Source: Candidatus Poribacteria bacterium | Lineage (GTDB): Bacteria; Poribacteria; WGA-4E; WGA-3G | Reading direction: 5' to 3' | Assembly (NCBI GenBank): GCA_965214095.1 | Contig: OZ243938.1 | Location: 928,001 to 992,000, forward strand | Length of the DNA stretch: 64,000 nt | In this document: positions 61,230 through 64,000 of the stretch, piece after piece | How positions within the stretch are numbered: the first letter of the stretch is position 1 | Layout: the number at the start of each line of letters is the position of its first letter | Made by a program: the position numbers and the translations under genes | Notes under the pieces: generated by a model | The model's input: only the letters and a program-made list of their open reading frames with translations | Database searches by the model: none | Told to the model about the DNA's origin: nothing

Positions 61230-64000
61230 ATGCATGAACTTAACTTGAAAACGACTCATAAACCAGTCAAAGACTATTTCGCCACACTACAAGAATTCTC
61301 CGATCAACAAATAACCCACGAAGGTGCGGTGAGTGCCCCCTTCGGTTCCTTGTTAGACCATTGCGCGAAACAGATTAACGCTACCTTCTCTCAACAATAT
61401 GCGATGACATCCGCCGCAGGTAACCGTATCGTGATTGACGGTGCCGTGACAAAACTCGGTTTGCCACTCGCCTATTGGGAAGCGAAGGACATCCACGACG
61501 ACCTGCCTCAAGCGGTTCAACAGAAACGACAGGCAGGATACCCGCTCGACAATATCCTGTTCCAAACGCCTGAACGCGGTATCCTGATTCAGAACGGACA
61601 GATAGCACTGGACACCGACCTCACTGATAAAAACAACCTTGTCGACACGGTCAAACGGCTGTTCTCCTACACTACACCTGTCCACGAGGATTGGGAACGG
61701 GCTGTGACGGACTTCAAAACTCGCGTCCCTGACCTCGCCGCTGAGATGAAGAGAATCATTGAGGAACGATATGAGGCGGATACAGACTTTAAAACGGCTT
61801 TCAATGGGTTTTATGAGACGTGCAAGGCTGCCATCAATCCGAACCTATCCCAAAATGCGGTTGAGGAGATGCTTGTGCAGCACATCCTCACGGAACGCAT
61901 ATTCCATAGAGTGTTCGACCACTCCGATTTCAGTAGACGCAACATCATCGCAAGTGAGATTGAGAAGGTGATTGATATTCTGACACGCAACTATATCAGT
62001 CGGGATGCGTTCCTGCGTCCGTTGGATCGGTTCTATAACGCCATAGAGGAGGCTGCCAGAAATTGCCACGACTTCTCTCAGAAACAACACCTACTGAACA
62101 CCTTTTACGAGCAGTTCTTTCAGGGGTTCTCGGAGGATGTCGCCGATACGCACGGCATCGTCTATACACCGCAACCGATTGTGGACTTTATGGTGAACAG
62201 CGTATCGCATATCCTCAAAACGGAGTTCGGTCGGTCGCTTTCGGATGAAGGCGTGCATATCATCGACCCGTTTGTCGGCACAGGCAACTTCATCGTGCGA
62301 CTGATGCACGAGATTAGCGGTGCCGCGTTGCAACACAAATATCAGCACGAACTCCACTGCAACGAGGTGATGCTCCTGCCCTACTACATCGCCAGTCTGA
62401 ACATTGAACAGGAATACTACGACCGCACCAAGCAATATCTGCCGTTTGAGGGGGTTGTGCTTGCGGATACTTTTGAACTGCTTGAGGATAATCAGATGCA
62501 ACTCTTTACGGAGGAGAACACCGAACGCGTGGAACGGCAGAAGGATGCGGATATGTTCGTCGTTATTGGTAATCCACCGTATAATTCCAAACAGGTCAAT
62601 GAAAATGACAACAACAAAAACCGTGAATATGAAACGATAGATAAGATGTTGAAAGACACATATTCAAAGGACTCAAAAGCCACAAATAAAAACGCACTTT
62701 CGGATCCTTATGTAAAAGCAATATTATGGGCTTCAAGACGAATCGGTGAAGAAGGTGTTGTTGTCTTCGTAACAAACAATGGCTTTCTAGATGCAATCGC
62801 TTGTGATGGGATGCGGAAACACTTGGCACAAGATTTTGACGCTATCTACATCGTGGACTTAAGTGGTAATGTCCGTAAGAATCCAAAACTATCGGGAACA
62901 ACACATAACGTCTTTGGTATACAGGTTGGCGTGAGTATCAATTATTTTGTTAAGAAAAGTAATAAATCGGAAGCTGCAAGCATTTTTTATGCGCGTGTAG
63001 AAGAAGATTGGCGAAAAGAACAGAAATACGAGTTTCTCAATATAAAAGAACATTACCAGAACATTGAATGGCATCAGATAACTCCTGATAGTAGACATAC
63101 ATGGCTTACCGAAGGACTCCATTCTGAATATGAGACTTTTATCCCAATTGGATCAAAACAAAAAACAAATGTATATTCGATATTCAGATCTTACGGTATT
63201 GGATTACAGACGAGTAGAGATGCATGGTTATTTAATTATCACAAGAATGATCTGATTCAGAATGTAAAACAGACAAGTGAATTTTACAATATGCATGTTC
63301 TCAAATTTAGAGAAATTCCTGAAAACGAACGTGATGTTGATCAGTTTGTTGAAAATGATGGTACCAAAATTAAATGGAGTTCAGGATTAAAATCTAAACT
63401 AGAACAAGGAATACAGATTGAGTCTGCGGAAACAAATATCAGATCTTCATATTTTCGTCCATATACCAAGATGGCACTCTGTTTTGACAAAACTCTAAAT
63501 CACCGTAGGTCAATATTTCCGAACTCTTTCCCAACACCTGAAACTGAAAAAGATAATAGAGTTATTTGCGTTAATGGAATTGGTAATAAAAAACCTTTTC
63601 ATGTTTTAATGGTCAATCTAATTCCCGATCTCCATCTCACAGGTGATACACGATGCTTCCCCTTCTACACCTACGACGAAGACGGCAGCAACCGCAAGGA
63701 GAACATCACCGATTGGTCACTCAATGCCTTCCGCGCTCACTACAATGACGACACCATCAGCAAGTGGGATATTTTCCACTATACTTATGCCCTCCTCCAC
63801 CATCCCGACTACCGAGAGAAGTATCAGGCGAACCTCAAGCGTGACCTACCACATATCCCCTACGCACCCGATTTTAAGGCATTCGCCACGGCAGGCTCGG
63901 AACTCGCTGACATCCACGTCAACTACGAAACGCAAACCCAATATCAGCATTCCAACCTACTCGAAAACCGAGATGTGCCTTTAGATTGGCGTGTGGAGAA
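61230..64000 (+). CDS. Single-chain restriction-modification enzyme (PD-(D/E)xK nuclease, N6-adenine MTase, type ISP-like specificity domain), partial
   Basis: Not in the ORF track because it runs off the edge. In-frame motifs IDG..WEAK, GIVYTP, DPFVGTGNF (62265), GNPPY (62568) and FPFYTYDEDGSNRKENITDW (63657). No helicase motifs seen. Confidence 0.9.
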   Translation, partial: MHELNLKTTHKPVKDYFATLQEFSDQQITHEGAVSAPFGSLLDHCAKQINATFSQQYAMTSAAGNRIVIDGAVTKLGLPLAYWEAKDIHDDLPQAVQQKRQAGYPLDNILFQTPERGILIQNGQIALDTDLTDKNNLVDTVKRLFSYTTPVHEDWERAVTDFKTRVPDLAAEMKRIIEERYEADTDFKTAFNGFYETCKAAINPNLSQNAVEEMLVQHILTERIFHRVFDHSDFSRRNIIASEIEKVIDILTRNYISRDAFLRPLDRFYNAIEEAARNCHDFSQKQHLLNTFYEQFFQGFSEDVADTHGIVYTPQPIVDFMVNSVSHILKTEFGRSLSDEGVHIIDPFVGTGNFIVRLMHEISGAALQHKYQHELHCNEVMLLPYYIASLNIEQEYYDRTKQYLPFEGVVLADTFELLEDNQMQLFTEENTERVERQKDADMFVVIGNPPYNSKQVNENDNNKNREYETIDKMLKDTYSKDSKATNKNALSDPYVKAILWASRRIGEEGVVVFVTNNGFLDAIACDGMRKHLAQDFDAIYIVDLSGNVRKNPKLSGTTHNVFGIQVGVSINYFVKKSNKSEAASIFYARVEEDWRKEQKYEFLNIKEHYQNIEWHQITPDSRHTWLTEGLHSEYETFIPIGSKQKTNVYSIFRSYGIGLQTSRDAWLFNYHKNDLIQNVKQTSEFYNMHVLKFREIPENERDVDQFVENDGTKIKWSSGLKSKLEQGIQIESAETNIRSSYFRPYTKMALCFDKTLNHRRSIFPNSFPTPETEKDNRVICVNGIGNKKPFHVLMVNLIPDLHLTGDTRCFPFYTYDEDGSNRKENITDWSLNAFRAHYNDDTISKWDIFHYTYALLHHPDYREKYQANLKRDLPHIPYAPDFKAFATAGSELADIHVNYETQTQYQHSNLLENRDVPLDWRVE

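Noticed and set aside
61353-63984. Many short ORFs suggesting a fragmented region
   Set aside because: One plus-strand frame from 61230 carries all the R-M motifs checked; it is missing from the track only because it runs off the window.

Overview
This 64 kb bacterial window looks like Candidatus Poribacteria, inferred from the many secreted WD40 proteins with an LPEGAxARLG N-terminal motif and the cohesin/dockerin/FlgD-type C-termini. It holds housekeeping genes (holB, tmk, aroC, mgtE, rsmI, cydAB, and ffh-rpsP-khpA-trmD-rplS-rnhB-yraN without rimM) and a tRNA-Ala-23S-5S operon with its own promoters and no linked 16S. There are seven intact WD40 beta-propeller genes plus one remnant, two TPR-TlpA thioredoxins, and a partial single-chain restriction-modification gene at the right edge. 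The most notable signals are four. (1) An ORF-less IS200/IS605 derivative (31174-31579) keeps a TnpB-type omega-RNA-like end and a consensus promoter, and appears to sit exactly between the RBS and ATG of a WD40 gene. (2) An IS4-type element and its MITEs make 19-20 bp target duplications, twice copying whole REP hairpins. (3) At least seven MITE families nest inside each other, most carrying GTAG-type REP/REPIN cargo. (4) A co-oriented cluster of mgtE, a split CHAD, a ROK kinase and a VTC-like gene may form a polyphosphate module. All calls come from reading the sequence by eye; no database searches were run.
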